Shown here: in pieces, positions 24,720 through 38,285 of the stretch
Layout of the letters: each line of letters begins with the position of its first letter
Numbering within the stretch: position 1 is the stretch's first letter
Source of the DNA: Okamejei kenojei
Lineage: Eukaryota
Direction of reading: 5' to 3'
NCBI GenBank assembly: GCA_035221665.1
Contig: CM069133.1
Span: 35,588,001-35,652,000 of the forward strand
DNA: 64,000 nucleotides
Program-made: the position numbers and the translations under genes
The notes under the pieces: model-generated
Seen by the model: the letters and a program-made list of their open reading frames with translations, nothing else
Database searches by the model: none
What the model was told of the DNA's origin: nothing

Positions 24720-24965
24720 TATTGTTGTTCGTCCTTCGTAGTCAAAGAAGACCATGACTTCAGTGTTTTTATTTGTGGGTCCGATGTGACTGATCCGGGC
24801 CCGGAAGGCTCTCCCGCACATGGGACACAGTTGAGTGGATGCTGCAGTAGAAGTTGAAGTGGCTCGAGCCTTGCGCGCGGCGTGTTTCCTCTGAGCTTCT
24901 GCGATGCGCTTCTTCTCAGCTGCACGCGCTCCTGTGGTGATCTTGCTTCGCCGCTGCCTCACCTC
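24720..24965 (-). mobile_element. RTE-clade LINE 3' end
   Basis: AEKKRIAEAQRKHAARKAR...CPMCGRAFRARI resembles the RTE C-terminal zinc-finger region; acaacaa-type tail. Confidence 0.75.
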
Positions 24966-25324
24966 TCCAAGTATTTGCAGCGGTGCTGCGCAAATTTTGC
25001 GATTTTTACTATAAAAAATGATTAGATTCTTATAGAAATGACGTTTCTAACAGATCGGTGGAACAATATATTATCTTTGGGAGTATGACAGGTTAGGCTC
25101 TGCCTCCCCGGCCTCCCCTGGCCGCACGCCCCTGAAGACAAGAAAACACGCTTAGCTGGAGTAGAAAAGTGAATTATGGGCAGACTGAAATCTTTAAATA
25201 ATCTCCAAGACACCGCCCTGTGCTCGCGAACAGGTCTAAGAAGCAGACGACTGGAGCTGCCCCGGCATCGTGATCCCTGCGACACAAAATCATCTCCTCC
25301 CCACCCTACTCCGGTGACAGAGCG

Positions 25325-25816
25325 ATGTGGATCATTTTGGTTTATACCCTTTGTCTCTGTTTATGCCGTGAGTACGGCTCACACACTTCACACTGTTACG
25401 GTTTGCGTAAATTTGTCCGAGGCTATTTTTGAAATGAACTTGAATCGCCTTCCGAGTTAATTTGTTCGCCTCTGATGTCGATACATCTCTCCTAGTGTAT
25501 AATCGCCAGGCTCCTTCAGTCATTCCATGACCCAGAGTTCGACAGGGGTGACCGGGAAGAGTGCCAGTCCTTTACGAACTCCTGCCGCTTTCGGATTAGT
25601 TCGTTAAGTTCATACCGTTTTAACTCTGGACCCGTGTTCTAACCGACCCAGCCCGTGGAAGAGCTGCAGCGGGTCATCGTAGGGGGACCATGTGTCGTGT
25701 CGACCAATAAAGCGGACATGACTTTTACGCTGGAAATTCGGGACATGAGAGTTGGTGACAGCGCCAACTATCAATATGAAGCTACAGATGGCTGGATCGC
25801 TTGAGGTTTGGATATG
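25325..25816 (+). pseudogene. NAR-type (NAR-TCR-like) V segment pseudogene with leader exon
   Basis: Leader 25325-25367 MWIILVYTLCLCLC + c|gtgagt; acceptor cgccag|25510. V reads SFSHSMTQSSTGVTGK/QSFTNSCRF...VF*PTQPVEELQRVIVGGPCVVSTNKADMTFTLEIRDMRVGDSANYQYEA. Cys1-to-Cys2-position spacing is only 64 codons. One frameshift, TAA at 25640, and Cys2 mutated to Tyr. Confidence 0.82.
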
Positions 25817-25844
25817 CACATTGGAATGGAAGGGCGCATATAAC
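25817..25844 (+). promoter_or_regulatory. Degenerate RSS, best read with a 12-bp spacer
   Basis: cacattg (6/7) + 12 bp + gcatataac (5/9 to ACAAAAACC); no nonamer at 23 bp. Confidence 0.5.
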
Positions 25845-26110
25845 GAGGGTCACGCTATATGATTTTGATCGGCCATCAGAATTAAAGTATTGTTTTTATT
25901 AGTAACCTTGCAATGAAGTTCAATTTGATTGTAATGCTCTATTTCTAAGTTATTTGTCTTTGCCGTTTGGTTCCTGATAACGTCGGCCTCAATGGGAACA
26001 AAATCATCTACTAGACGTTTGGGAAACACGGAATATTATTTGTTCTTCTGAAGCACTGAAATAATTGGGCAGCGTTCCCTGTTGCTTTCCGGGCAAAATG
26101 GGGCGAGGAC

Positions 26111-26207
26111 TTTTCTTTTACCGGGAAGACTGAGGGCTGGATCACTGTGTATGACTGCCGTGCTTACTATAAAAATGGAGCGGGGACAAGCATGACTTTC
26201 ACGGCCG
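26111..26207 (+). pseudogene. J segment with 5' RSS (about 23-bp spacer) and mutated splice donor
   Basis: T-rich nonamer-like run at 26111-26120; perfect CACTGTG at 26143-26149; then YDCRAYYKNGAGTSMTFTA (GxGT motif) and phase-1 g|gaaagc where gtaagc is expected. Confidence 0.75.
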
Positions 26208-28472
26208 GAAAGCATCATAAAGGCGCTCTTTATATCCCTTGCCCAGGAATAATCAGCATAGTCGAAAATTGGGATCGTGTGATGTCAATGTCCGTCTAAG
26301 TGAAGCAACCCCAATTTCTAAATTTGTCTTGCAAAATGGCCCATGGGTATGTTGGCGCAGGGCGACAGGTCTGGTGTGATACCCGAGAGAGCATAATGAT
26401 GCACTTCTGAAGCAGAAGGATTGTGGATTTTGATGGACAAAAAATGACAGACTTGTCAGCCATGCACGCACAGCAGTAAAAGGAAAAAATAAATACGAAT
26501 TCCCGAGTTGGCGATGTTTGGGGGAACGGGGAAGACATACCGACTCTGAACGTTGTCAAATCCAAGAGATTACTGATGTGAGGGGAGCCCAATGGGGAAC
26601 GGTTTTACGAGGGGCCCACGTGCTCTATGAGTGTGAGAATACTCGATGCAATCCACAGAGCAAAGTTGATAGGGAGACGCTGAGCTGTGAGTAAGTCGGA
26701 AATCCCCGCGTAAAACAGCACGGACTCAAAGCAACTGACAACTGAATGCGGGAATGGTTTTCAGGAGGGGGAAATATGAACCGTAGGGAGCGAGAGGCGA
26801 GGAGGGAAGTACAACGGGTTCTGGGAACCTTGTTCATCAGTCAATGAAAATAAGCATGCTTGTACATCAGGCAGTAAAGAAAGCGAATGGCAAGTTGGCT
26901 TTCATAACAAGAGGAGTTGAGTACATTGCTTTAATACTTCAAGAATAAGAACAAATGATTCTTGACATTTGAAGCAAACAAAATCTCTCTTGTTAGGTGC
27001 TACTAATGTTCCACAATGGAAATATTTAACGCAAATGAAAATCCTGCGGATGAAGCTTCTAGAGGACAAAAGCAGACCGCTTCTTAATCAACAAGACATG
27101 GATCAATGGACCGGAATTCCTCTGTAAGTCAGAGAGAATATGGCCAAAGCTTGAGCTGGGATTTGAAATCTCTGGTAATTATGCGAAAATTAAACAAAAC
27201 ATCACAGTGAACTTCATTGCTAAAAATCCTATTATTCTATCGAAGGATATTCACATTTCAACATCATTGTTACGACACATTATGAATTGATCGGGCATGG
27301 AGGAAGAAGTTTCATGCTGTCAAAACTTTTGACTTTTGTGTTTGGACTATATACTGGGTATCATGCCTGATGTTAAGGGCTTGGTACGTACAGTACGACT
27401 TCAGACCAAGAATAATGTTTTAATAAGACTAATAACCAAGTTATGCTTGATTCTAGAATGCGAAGGTGATGAAAACATCGTTAAAGAAGTCTGAATGCTG
27501 ACATATAATGCATGCTATTTTTTGTTTTTTTTATAGCAACATTTTTAATATATTTTAGTAATTGCCTCGTTATATACTCAGAACAATTAGGGACCGGTAT
27601 GTAGTAGCCATTTAGCTTAACTCAGTATGTTATAACTATAAACAGTTACCTTTAACTTTTTCTGCCTGTGTGGGTGGGATATTTACGCAGTTGGAGGCGT
27701 GTTTGCGGCTGGGATTCTCGCACAGACGTAATAGTAATTAGTTTAGTTTAGTTTTAAGAAGCATGGGGGGGGGGGGGCGTCACAGCTTTCGACCATGCAC
27801 GAGTTCCACCAAGCACGAATTGGACTACGAGTAAGATCAAAATGTACTTAAACAAGAAGAAGTTTGGATGAATATCTCCCTGTTTTTACTACTGCAATAA
27901 AGAGACTACTAATTAAGAGGCTGTGTTTGGAAGAATTATTTTTCGACGGCATTAAATGTCTCGTGGAGAGCTCATAAATGCGTTTAAATGTCCCCTGAAT
28001 CCCTGCCATCAATCATAGTGACTAGAGGAAAGATTCCTTGAATGATATGAAAATCTGTCACTACAAAGGTGCTCAAAAAGGCTTTTGGCACTTTAGCCTT
28101 TCATCAATCACAGTACTGAACGTAGAAGTTGAGAGGTCATGTTGCAGTTGTATAAGACGTTGGTAAGACCGCTTTTACAATATGTTGTTAAGGTCTGGGC
28201 ATCAAATTATAGGAAAGATTTTGTCAAATTTGAAATGGTCTCTATTCCATGGAGAGCAGGAAGATGAATGGTGATCTAAAAGAGGCGTATAAAATCATTA
28301 TAGGAAGATACTTAGAGACCCTTTCTGGAGCAGTTGCATGGAGGACCGGAGAACATAGGGTAATGAACGACTACCCTCGTGATTGTTGGCGTATAACATC
28401 ACACGGGAGCAAAATCCGTAATGAATGTCCACAGGGAGGTGATCTCAATAACTCATTAATCTTTTCCTTAGC

Positions 28473-28480
28473 TTATAAAT
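28473..28480 (+). promoter_or_regulatory. Candidate TATA box of the GPCR gene
   Basis: ttataaat about 80 bp upstream of the ATG; conserved as atataaat in the paralog near 46660. Confidence 0.45.
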
Positions 28481-28557
28481 GTTCAGTGTATATAACATCT
28501 CCCACTATAACATCTGTGAGCTTCGTACTGCATTTCAGAGGTCGCAGTGAAGGAGAA

Positions 28558-28627
28558 ATGGGTCGCCTCCTGCACTTGCCGATTGATTATTATTATTACC
28601 CAATCCTGGCAATAATTGGAGTGCCAG
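28558..28627 (+). CDS. GPR139-like class A GPCR, coding exon 1
   Basis: MGRLLHLPIDYYYYPILAIIGVP + g|gtatgt phase-1 donor; encodes the first half of TM1. Confidence 0.88.
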
Positions 28628-28861
28628 GTATGTCACTTGACGCATGAAAGTGGGACGATCTTGACGTCATTTGATTGGGAAACGACAATGATGAAAGTAA
28701 AGAGAAAATGTTGTGAGAAAATGTGCTAAATGCTAGGATGCACATTGGAACGGTGTTTGGGGAATAACCTTAAGTTAATGTAGTTATTGTATGCTTTAAC
28801 TATATTTCATAGCTTGCCGTTTACTGGGACTGGTATAGAATTGTTCTTGAATTATTGTTAA

Positions 28862-29212
28862 GAGTCAAGTCAAGAGTCAATAGTGTTTATTGTCATATGT
28901 CCCGGATGGGACAATGACATTCTTACCTGCTGCAGCTCAACAGAATATGTGAATATGTAATCATTGTATATAATGGGGAAAAAAACGTTCAATGAATAAC
29001 AAATATAGTGGAAATAGCTAATAATAATATAGTATTTTGCTGTTCAGAGCTCAAAGCTTATTCGTTGTGTTTAATAGCCTGATAGCTGTGGGGATGTAGC
29101 TGTTCCTGAACCTGGACATTACAGGCTTCAGGCTCCTGTACCTTCTTCTTGATGGCAGTGGTGAGATATGTGTGTGGCCAGGATGATGTGGGTCCTTGAT
29201 GATTTTCGCTCT
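28862..29212 (-). mobile_element. Rex1-type LINE 3' end in the GPCR intron
   Basis: IIKDPHHPGHTHISPLPSRRRYRSL...RFRNSY with aataaa and a short-repeat tail; absent from the paralogous intron. Confidence 0.75.
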
Positions 29213-29694
29213 AGTGAAGTAACAGCCAAGTAAGCTGAGCGACAAAGGCTTTATATGTTTATACCAGGGGCGATTGCATTTCCCGCGTCTATTTTTGTCT
29301 CCATCTGGTTTCCCATTTTATGGCTTTAAATTTAATTAATTTTAATTGTGAGATTACCGCATCGGGTGCTGGTAATCTCTATTATACACCGCCCCCTTCA
29401 AACGTTGCAAACCCGGTAAGCAAATGCCGATCCGAAAGGTGCACCCGATTAACACTAATTTTAGCCTTGTTGGTCAAACTACACTTCCGTTTAAACCGTC
29501 TCTCGGTTGATTAATTCACTGTTAGGTAGAATGTCTGTTCGTGAGCGCAGTAGATTGTCTTCAAACCAAAGGAAATCTCCGTCCATGCCATGCTTTTCAT
29601 AATTTTAGGAAAGTAACAATATATACCCACCCATTACTCAACTCGAAGTTCTTCTGTCCACATAATCACCATTGCTTCTTTCTTACTCCCCTAG

Positions 29695-30605
29695 TGAATC
29701 TACTGGCGATTGTGGTCCTGTCCCGAGGAAAGTGCGGTCTCTCTAAATGCATCACTCGTTATCTGGTGGCTATGGCGACGGCGGACCTCACGGTGATTGT
29801 TGGCGAAGTGATTTTAAATCGGATTGCTGTTCTTTATTGGTGGAACACAATCCTGTACTACACGGCAGTGTGCAGGTTTATTCTCTTCCTGTCCGCCGCG
29901 GCCGTGGACTGCTCCGTATGGTTCACGGTCGCTTTCACATTTGATAGGTTTGTGGCCATCTCCAAACAGAATCTGAGATCCAGATACTGTACTGCCAGAA
30001 CCGCGGCTGTGGTAATAGTGACCATATGTACCTTCTGCTGTTTGCAGAACGCTCCCTGGCCTTTCACATTTAATTCTTTCTACAGGTATAATGGTTTACT
30101 GTGGGGCTGCCGAATCATATCGGACTTCTATTTCCTGCCCGCATGGATCGCATTTTCTTGGATTGAGCCGCTATTGACCCCAGTGATTCCATTCTGTTTG
30201 ATTTTGTTCTTTAATGCGCACACGGCGAGACGTATTTTAATGGCCAATCGGGTCCGCAGAAGGCTCTGCGATCTCAGTCGTGGAGACCCGGAGACGGAAA
30301 GCCGTAAACGGTCAATAATTTTACTCTTTGCAATCTCCAGCAGCTTTATCCTGCTCTGGGTCACAACTGTATGTCATTTTGTTTACTATCGATGTGTCAA
30401 CGGATTTTGGATGCGAGGTTTGACAAACCCATTTGCAACATTCCAAAAAACTGGAGCTCTGCTGCAGCTGCTGAACACCTGTACAAACACAGTGATTTAC
30501 ATCGTCACCCAGGGGAAGTTCAGAGAGCAGCTCCTTCACGCACTGCAATGGCTCGTCGCGCTAACTGGAAAGTTATTGAAACTTATCAAATCATGTTTAC
30601 AATGA
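29695..30605 (+). CDS. GPR139-like class A GPCR, coding exon 2 (spliced product 326 aa)
   Basis: Acceptor cttactcccctag|tg joins in frame (GVP-VNLLAIVVL). Seven hydrophobic segments overall, AMATADL in TM2, FTFDRFVAI (DRY variant) and NTCTNTVIY (NPxxY variant). No disabling lesions. Orthology not established. Confidence 0.92.
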
Positions 30606-31721
30606 CATCAGGTAACAAGTCTTCCCGTGTGTGACTTTATGGATCTCTGGTGAAGAGGGAGCATTGAACGAAAATCTCACCTATCTTTCCAAAACATTTA
30701 AAAACATGTCACTCATCTTCAGCTAAAAACAATAACTTCCTCCGGACATATAGCCATTTCGGCGGCCCCATCGCTCCCCAGACCCGTCCCCCTGCCCTTT
30801 AAAATGAAAACCGCCGGCCTCCCTATTGCTTTACGGGTTGGGCGATCGGCGGGGACCTGATGTTCACTTCTACTCGAGCGGACGCCCAGTATTTCCAGTT
30901 GTAAAATTCCGCTACATCTCTGATTTCCTTTCAATGCAGCGGCCGCCCCATTCGGCTCTAAATGCCAAACCGCCAAAAGTTTCCCGACGCGCTCCACGTC
31001 CTTCGCACCTTAGTTCTTCGAAGCATTCCGTGCTTACTCATGAGGGTGCCCAAGTCACACATTTACTTGATGACATTAAAGTAGAGTGCGTCTCCAACAT
31101 TCCAGCTACAACATTTAGCTAAACGGGAGCTTCATTGTATTCCCGGAGCTCCCTTTCAACAGAACCGGTTATTCCCATTCCGAGGCGCTTTCGGATTACA
31201 TTACACTAATTAACCAAGCAGCAGATGGAAGTAACAAGAACTGGTGGTGTTCGTACAAGCCAGCGTAGCTACATAATCTATATTTTTAGAGGAAGGAGAT
31301 ATTGACAGTCTACCGATTCGACCGCGGTAATGTGCATATGTACGATTGATGTGCAGACGATCCGACGGTGTGTATACCTAAAGGGCGCATCTCCCATGTA
31401 GAGATTGGCTCCGCTGTCCCTTATCTGCTGAATGGATACTGTATTCTTCAAATATTTTACAATATTGCTCGTCAAGTCTGAGCATTCAAATTCAGGAACC
31501 AAATGTGGACCAGATTGACGAATCCTGACAGAGCCTCACTACATTCACAAAATACCCGGTAGAAAGTGACGCGAGGTTCTATGAGGTATTGTTAGCCTTT
31601 TGGCCAGTGACAAAGGACAAGTTAACTTCCAAGAGTCAAGAATGTTGTATTATCCTCTGTTCGAAAATGGAACAATGAAATACGTGCTTGCAGCACGATA
31701 ACAGATAAGTAAACATCGTGT

Positions 31722-34700
31722 GACTTCCGGCTGAGAGACGCTGCCGTCTTGCTCTGCTCCCGAAAGAATGTTTTAATGTTCTAAAATACGAGTTGGAAGG
31801 CGGGGCAGTTCTAAAATATTCTACCGGAGCTGCTATTTAATTGTGTGTTATCAGAAACTCCGCTGATAACAGAGAATAACTGCAGTTTTAAATGAAAAAA
31901 GGGAATCCTCGCCAGAGCCTGTAAAACCTGCTTCAAGACCTGCCACAAGAGAGTACTTGAAAAAACTTGGAAAGACTCCTCAATCCCCTCAAGCATCAGC
32001 TGGAAGCTCAGAAGAAGAAGCTGACTTTCGAAATCTTTCCACAGAAATGGAGGAACAAAGAGGGCATATGGAACAATTGGAAAAGTCAGTATTAACTTCA
32101 GTCACTGAAGTTATTTCTAAAGTGATACAAGATGGGAACATCGCGCTGGACAAAAGCCTCTCTGAAAAAATTAAACAAGGTAATGATACGCTGAAGGGGA
32201 AAATTCATGACTTAACCAAACGTGTGATTGAGGTTGAGGAGGATTTAAACAAAAAAATTAAGCGGGTTGATAAGGACTGTAATAAAAAGCTGGACGCAAT
32301 GTTAAAGTCTACTGAGGCGACTGTGGAAGGAATGGACAATACGATAACTGAGATGGCTAAGGAGATAAAGAGACTAAAAAAAGAAAAAGAAAGCACTGGG
32401 AGGGAGCTTGCTAAAATGAAGCATAAATGTACGGACTTGGAAGCAAGACCAAGAAGACAAAACCTGAGGATAGTTGCAGTAAAAGAAAGAAAGGAGAGTG
32501 GGCAAAACTTTCAGGAGTTAACTTACTTGCCAACTTACTCAAACAAGTGCTTAAGGTGCCTGAAGCCCGGAGAATAGATATGGCTCTCCGGGTCCGACGT
32601 AAGGTTCAAGCAAGCCCAACTGCCCCCCCAAGACACCCACACACAACTGACTGACTTCATTCATTTCACCACCAACTTCCATCCGGCACTCAAATACACT
32701 TGGACCATTTCCGACACTTCCCTACCATTTCTTGACCTCACCATCTCTATTGCAGGTGATACGCTCCTGACCGACATCCACCACAAACCTACTGACTCCT
32801 ACAGCTACCTGGACTACTCTTCCTCCCACCCTGCTTCCTGTAAGGACTCCATCCCCTATTCCCAATTCCTCCGTCTACGCCGCATCTGCTCCCAGGATGA
32901 GGTGTTCCACACCAGGTCATCACAAATGGCCTCATTCTTCAGAGAACGGGGATTCCCCTCCCCCACTATTGATGAGGCTCGCACCAGGGTCTCCTCCATA
33001 CCCCGCAACACTGCCCTCGCTCCCCATTCCCCCACTCGCAAACAGGGCAGAGTCCCCCTAGTCCTCACCTTTCACCCCACCAGCCGGCAAATACAACATA
33101 TAGTCCTCCGCCAGTTTCGCCACCTCCAACGTGACCCCTCCACCCGCCACATCTTCCCATCTCCCCCCCTGTCTGCCTTCCGCAAAGACCGCTCCCTCCG
33201 CAACTCCCTTGTCAATTCTTCCCTCCCCTCCCACTCTACCCCTTCCCCGGGCACTTTCCCTTGCAACCGCAAGAAATGCAACACTTGTCCCTTCACCTCC
33301 CCCCTCCACTCCTTTCAGGGACCCAAGCAGTCCTTCCAGGTCCGACAGAGGTTCACCTGCACCTCCTCCAACCTCATCTACTGCATCCGCTGCTCCAGAT
33401 GCCAGATGATCTATATTGGTGAGACCAAGCGGAGGCTTGGCGATCGCTTCGCCGAACACCTCCGCTCGGTCCACAATAACCAACCCGACCTCCCGGTGGC
33501 TCAGCACTTCAACTCCCCCTCCCATTCCACATCCGACCTCTCGGTCCTGCGCCTCCTCCACGGCCAGAGTGAGCAACACCGCAAGCTGGAGGAACAGCAC
33601 CTCATATTCCGCTTGGGGAGTCTGCATCCTTTGGGCTTGAATATTGAATTTTCTCAATTCTGTTAAGCCTTGCTGTCTCCCCCCCTTCCCACCTCTCCCT
33701 CAGCCCTCGCGCCCTGGCATTCCCTCGATCTCTATCTCCCTCCCCCACCCCAGTCGCACCAGCTTCTCATTTTCACACCACAAACAGCTTACAATGGCTT
33801 GTTCCCTTTATCACCGATACTTTTTTGCATATCTTTCACTCATTGTTCCTTATCTCTCCACATCACCGTCTGTATCTCTCGTTTCCCTGATCCCTGACCA
33901 GTCTGAAGAAGGGTCTCGACCCGAAACGCCGCCTATCTCCTTCGCTCCTTAGATGCTGCTGCACCCGCTGAGTTTCTCCGGCTTTTTGTGTACCCCCAAG
34001 ACAGATTATTCTGAAATTCTATGACATTTCAACCCTGGAAGGAATTATGAAACAGCTTCCATATGGTGTGAATTTGATGTTTGAAGAAGACAAACTAAAA
34101 TTCTTCCGTGATTTTCCAGCTGAAGTTATGGAAAAGAGGGACAAACGTTCAACGTGCATTCACGGTTCCAGACGAGTCATTTAATTATGCACAAAGTATC
34201 ACAAAGGAGGTCTACTGATCATGAGAAATGACGAAGAAAGAACTGTGTTTCTTTTTTTTTAACATAAAAAAATACTGCTCTGGTTAAGATGGAGAATTTT
34301 TCTCGAGGTGTTGTCTAGCCATTTTAACTTTGGAATGTTAACTCAAGGTCGGATTTTATGTTTGACTTCAACAAAGGATTGACAAAGAAGAAAAATTGTG
34401 GCGGGGAAAATAACTTGGGAATATGGAAAAATATTATCAGTGAACTTGTATATAGAAATTTTTGATTTAAGAAACACACAATTACATACTAACATAAAAT
34501 ATAATGAATAAAATGGTGTAATATTAAGGCATAGCTTAATAATGGCTAATGTTTATTTCATGATGTTAATTACTTGCTAAATATAAGAATAACAAGTTAA
34601 ATATGATTGATAAGTACTAATAACATACTAACAAATGTTATGGATATAGTAGATTTAGTCTAAATTGTGTGCAAAGAGGGGGGAGGAGACTCAGAGGCTT

Positions 34701-37700
34701 GGAAGTTACCCAAGGGTCTGAATCTGATTAACCCATTGGAACCTGCTGGTGTCTGACAACAGTTTGAGATGTAATTGTATTAGAGCTAGGCATATCAATA
34801 GATATGGATATATAATTAACATAATTACTGTTATATCTAAATATATACTCGGAAACTCTTTTTTATTTTGTTTTTTCTCTTTGAAGATATATTTCTAATC
34901 AATCTATTTGAGTGAATTTTATTTTATATATATATTTCTGAACATTCTATCGCTCTCTCTTCCAATTAATAATAACTGGTCAAGGGAACAGAGCGAAACA
35001 TATAAAAACATCTACGGAAGTCAACAACTTGGTGGTCTGTTTTTAATTATAATATCTTTATTTTTGGGTATTATAATATCACTTTTTGTTTGTTAAGTAT
35101 CTTTTCACGACTACACTTTCTGGTCTTTTTCAAGGTCTATTCTGAAGGGGAGATGCCAACAAAACTTAACAGCTGGGGATGACCATCCTCCTCCTAGAGT
35201 TATGAGGTTCTTGGTTGCACCATATGAAGTAAAGGTATTAACATGATTCATAATGCAAGACGATAAACAAAAGAAAACTGGAGGAATCACGTGCTGTAGT
35301 TGGAATATAAGCGGCGCTAATGAACCAATTAAAAGGGGTAAGATCTTTGCCCAATTAAAAGCCTTAAACAGGGATATCATTTTCTTACAAGAGACGCATT
35401 TGAAATATCACAGATAAGATTGAAGGCAAATTGGATTGGGCAAACATACTACTCTTCATTTACTTCTAAATCTAGAGGTACGGCTATTATCATTCGTAGA
35501 GGTATACCATTTAAATTAAAGAATACTATAGCAGATAAAGAGGGGAGGTATGTCATAGACACGGGAGAAATATATTCTACTCCACTTACTTTGATAAATA
35601 TTGATGCTCCTAATTTTGACAACCCCCAATTCCTTAGTAAAATTTTGGATACAATTACAGAATTTAATTAAAATGTGATAATAGGGGGAGATTTGAATAG
35701 TGTTTTAGATCCATATCTGGATAAATCAGCAAAACAAAAAAGGATTAACATAAAATCTAAAACTAGTGAACTCCTAAATACATACATGAAAAATACCAAC
35801 AAAACAGATGTATGGAGGATCGCTAATGCAGTAGGTAGGGAATATTCATTTTATTCAACGGTACATAAAACATATTCACGTATTGATTACTTCTTAGTGG
35901 ACATGAAACTAATTCCATATACATATAATTCTAAATATCATAATAGTTTTATTTCTGATCATTCCCCGCTAACTTTTTCTTTAAAATCGGATGGAATGCC
36001 TGATTAAAAAACTCGTTTTGGAGGTTTAACCCCCAAATCTTAAACAATTCACAAGGATGTACATATTTAAAAGAGCAGATGGGATTCTTTTTTGAGACAT
36101 ATGATACACCAGATATTTCACCCTCCTTATTATGGGAAACTTTTAAGGCATTTATTAGAGGAACTATAATCTCATATCAAGCTTTCCAAAATAAAAAAAA
36201 AATAACACTGAACAATTGCAGTTAGAACAAGAAATTAGGCAATTACATTTAGAAAATGCTAAAGAACCAACTGTAGATAAAGATAATAAGATAACAACAC
36301 TAAAATATAAATTAAATAAAATTTTATCGGCCAGAATAATAAGATTATTTCAAACTATAAAACAAGAAAATTTCGAATTTGGTGATAAACCACATAAACT
36401 CTTAGCACGCCAACTGAAAAAAACGGGAAACAGAAAATACTATTAATAAAATTAAATCAGACAAAGGGGAATTGCTAACACTACCTAAAGATATTCATAA
36501 AAGATTTGCTCAATTTTATCAAAATTTATATACATCGAAAACCTCTGCAAATAATACTCAAATTACAAATTTCTTAGACAATTGTAATCTTCCAAAATTA
36601 AATATGGTGGAACAAGAGGGATTAGAAGACCAGATTACACTACAGGAAATAGAAGAAACAATAAATTCGTTGAAGAATGGCAAAACGCCAGGACCAGATG
36701 CCTTTAGTAATGAATTCTATAAAAGATTCTATGAGATAATTTCTCCATGCCTGCAAGATTTATATATATACGCTTTAAAAGAAAATAAATTACCAGAAAC
36801 ATTAACTGAGTCAACGATTATACTTATACCAAAAAAAGATAAAGATCTAGAAGACCCAGGCTCATATAGAGCTATTGCACTCCTAAATACAGATAAGGAA
36901 ATATTAGCAAAGACCCTAGGGAGAAGATTGAGTAAATATGTTAGCAAACTAATAAACCCGGACCAAACAGGGTTTTTACCAAAGAGATACACTTTTAACA
37001 ATTTGAGACGGCTGTCTAATATAATGTACTCACATAATACTGAAGAAGAACTAGCAATTATTTCATTGGATGCAGAAAAAGCTTTCGATCTAGTAGATAG
37101 CAATATTTATTCAAAGTATTGCAAAAATTTAACATGGGGAAAACTTTATCTCATGGGTAAAATTATTATATGATAAGCCGACGGCTAGAATACTGACTAA
37201 AAATATATTATCCCCGAAATTCCAATTAGCAAGGGGCAATAGGCAGGGGTGCGTACTATCGCCCCTGCTATTTGCACTAGTGATAGAGCCTTTAGCAGAA
37301 AGTCTAAGAAGTCATCCGAATATTTATGGATATAATACCAAACACTCAAGTAATAAAAATTCATTATATGCAGACGACATATTACTATATATTACAAATT
37401 CACAAATTAGCATACCAAATATACTAAACTTAGTAGAGGAATTTGGTTATTTTTCAGGAAATAGAATAAATTGGAACAAAAGCGAAATTATGATGATAAA
37501 ACCTCAAGAGCCGACACATTTGTTGAAATTTCCCTTTAGAATTGCAACAGAAAAATGTAAGTATTTGGGCATCCAAATCACTTGGAAATATAAATCATTA
37601 CTCACCACAAACTATATGCCTTTATTAACTAAATTAAATGGGTTGATTACATTTTGGAAAACACTGCCAATGTCCTTAATAGGCAGAATAAACACGATAA

Positions 37701-38200
37701 AAATGATCTTCTTACCACAAATCTTGTACCTATTTATATCAATACCAATATACCTACCTAAAAAATTCTTTAGAAAACTAGACTCTGATATTATAAACTT
37801 CATATGGGATTATAAATCACACAGAATTAAAAAAAAACAACACTTGTGTAAATCTAAAGAATCAGGGGGACTGACACTTCCTAACTTATTGTATTACTAT
37901 TGGGCACTGAATATTAAAAATATAATCTATTGGTTGGACAGTTCTGCCCAACAGGTAGATTGGATAAGAATGGAGAAAGAGGATTGTTCCCCTTATAATA
38001 TAGGAGCGATCCTTCTTTCCCCAATGAAACTGAACAATATAATATATAAGAAGAATCCAATTATTCACAGTATAATACAAATTTGGAAACAAATAAAACT
38101 AACTTTAAAATTAAGAAAATTATCACTTCTTTCTACAATAGCTAATAATCCCTCATTCAAACATCCATTATTGATAAAAACGTTTATCCATTGGGAAAGT
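31722..38200 (+). mobile_element. L1-clade LINE, 5' end through most of ORF2, degenerate and 3'-truncated
   Basis: 5' gacttccgg; ORF1 coiled coil and DLEARPRRQNLRIV; ORF2 endonuclease SWNISG...FLQETHL, IIGGDLN, YSRIDYF, SDHSP; RT KTPGPD, SLDAEKAFD, LYADDILL. Confidence 0.92.
32636..33992 (+). mobile_element. Penelope-like element (RT C-terminus + GIY-YIG) inserted in L1 ORF1
   Basis: NLIYCIRCSRCQMIYIGETKRRLGDRFAEHL; 11-bp direct repeat cccccaagaca at 32625-32635 and 33993-34003. Confidence 0.92.
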
Positions 38201-38285
38201 GAATCCTCCTCCTTTTCTGTGGGTGGACAGTATCATCAGAAAAGTGATCAATAATCAGTATCATCAGGTAAGTGATCAATAATAC

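Noticed and set aside
29541-29694. N-terminal 51 aa of the 354-aa ORF as part of the GPCR
   Set aside because: Lies upstream of a clear splice acceptor and is poorly conserved in the paralog; a proper exon 1 exists at 28558-28627.
33058-33657. 199-aa minus-strand ORF
   Set aside because: Antisense shadow of the Penelope ORF.
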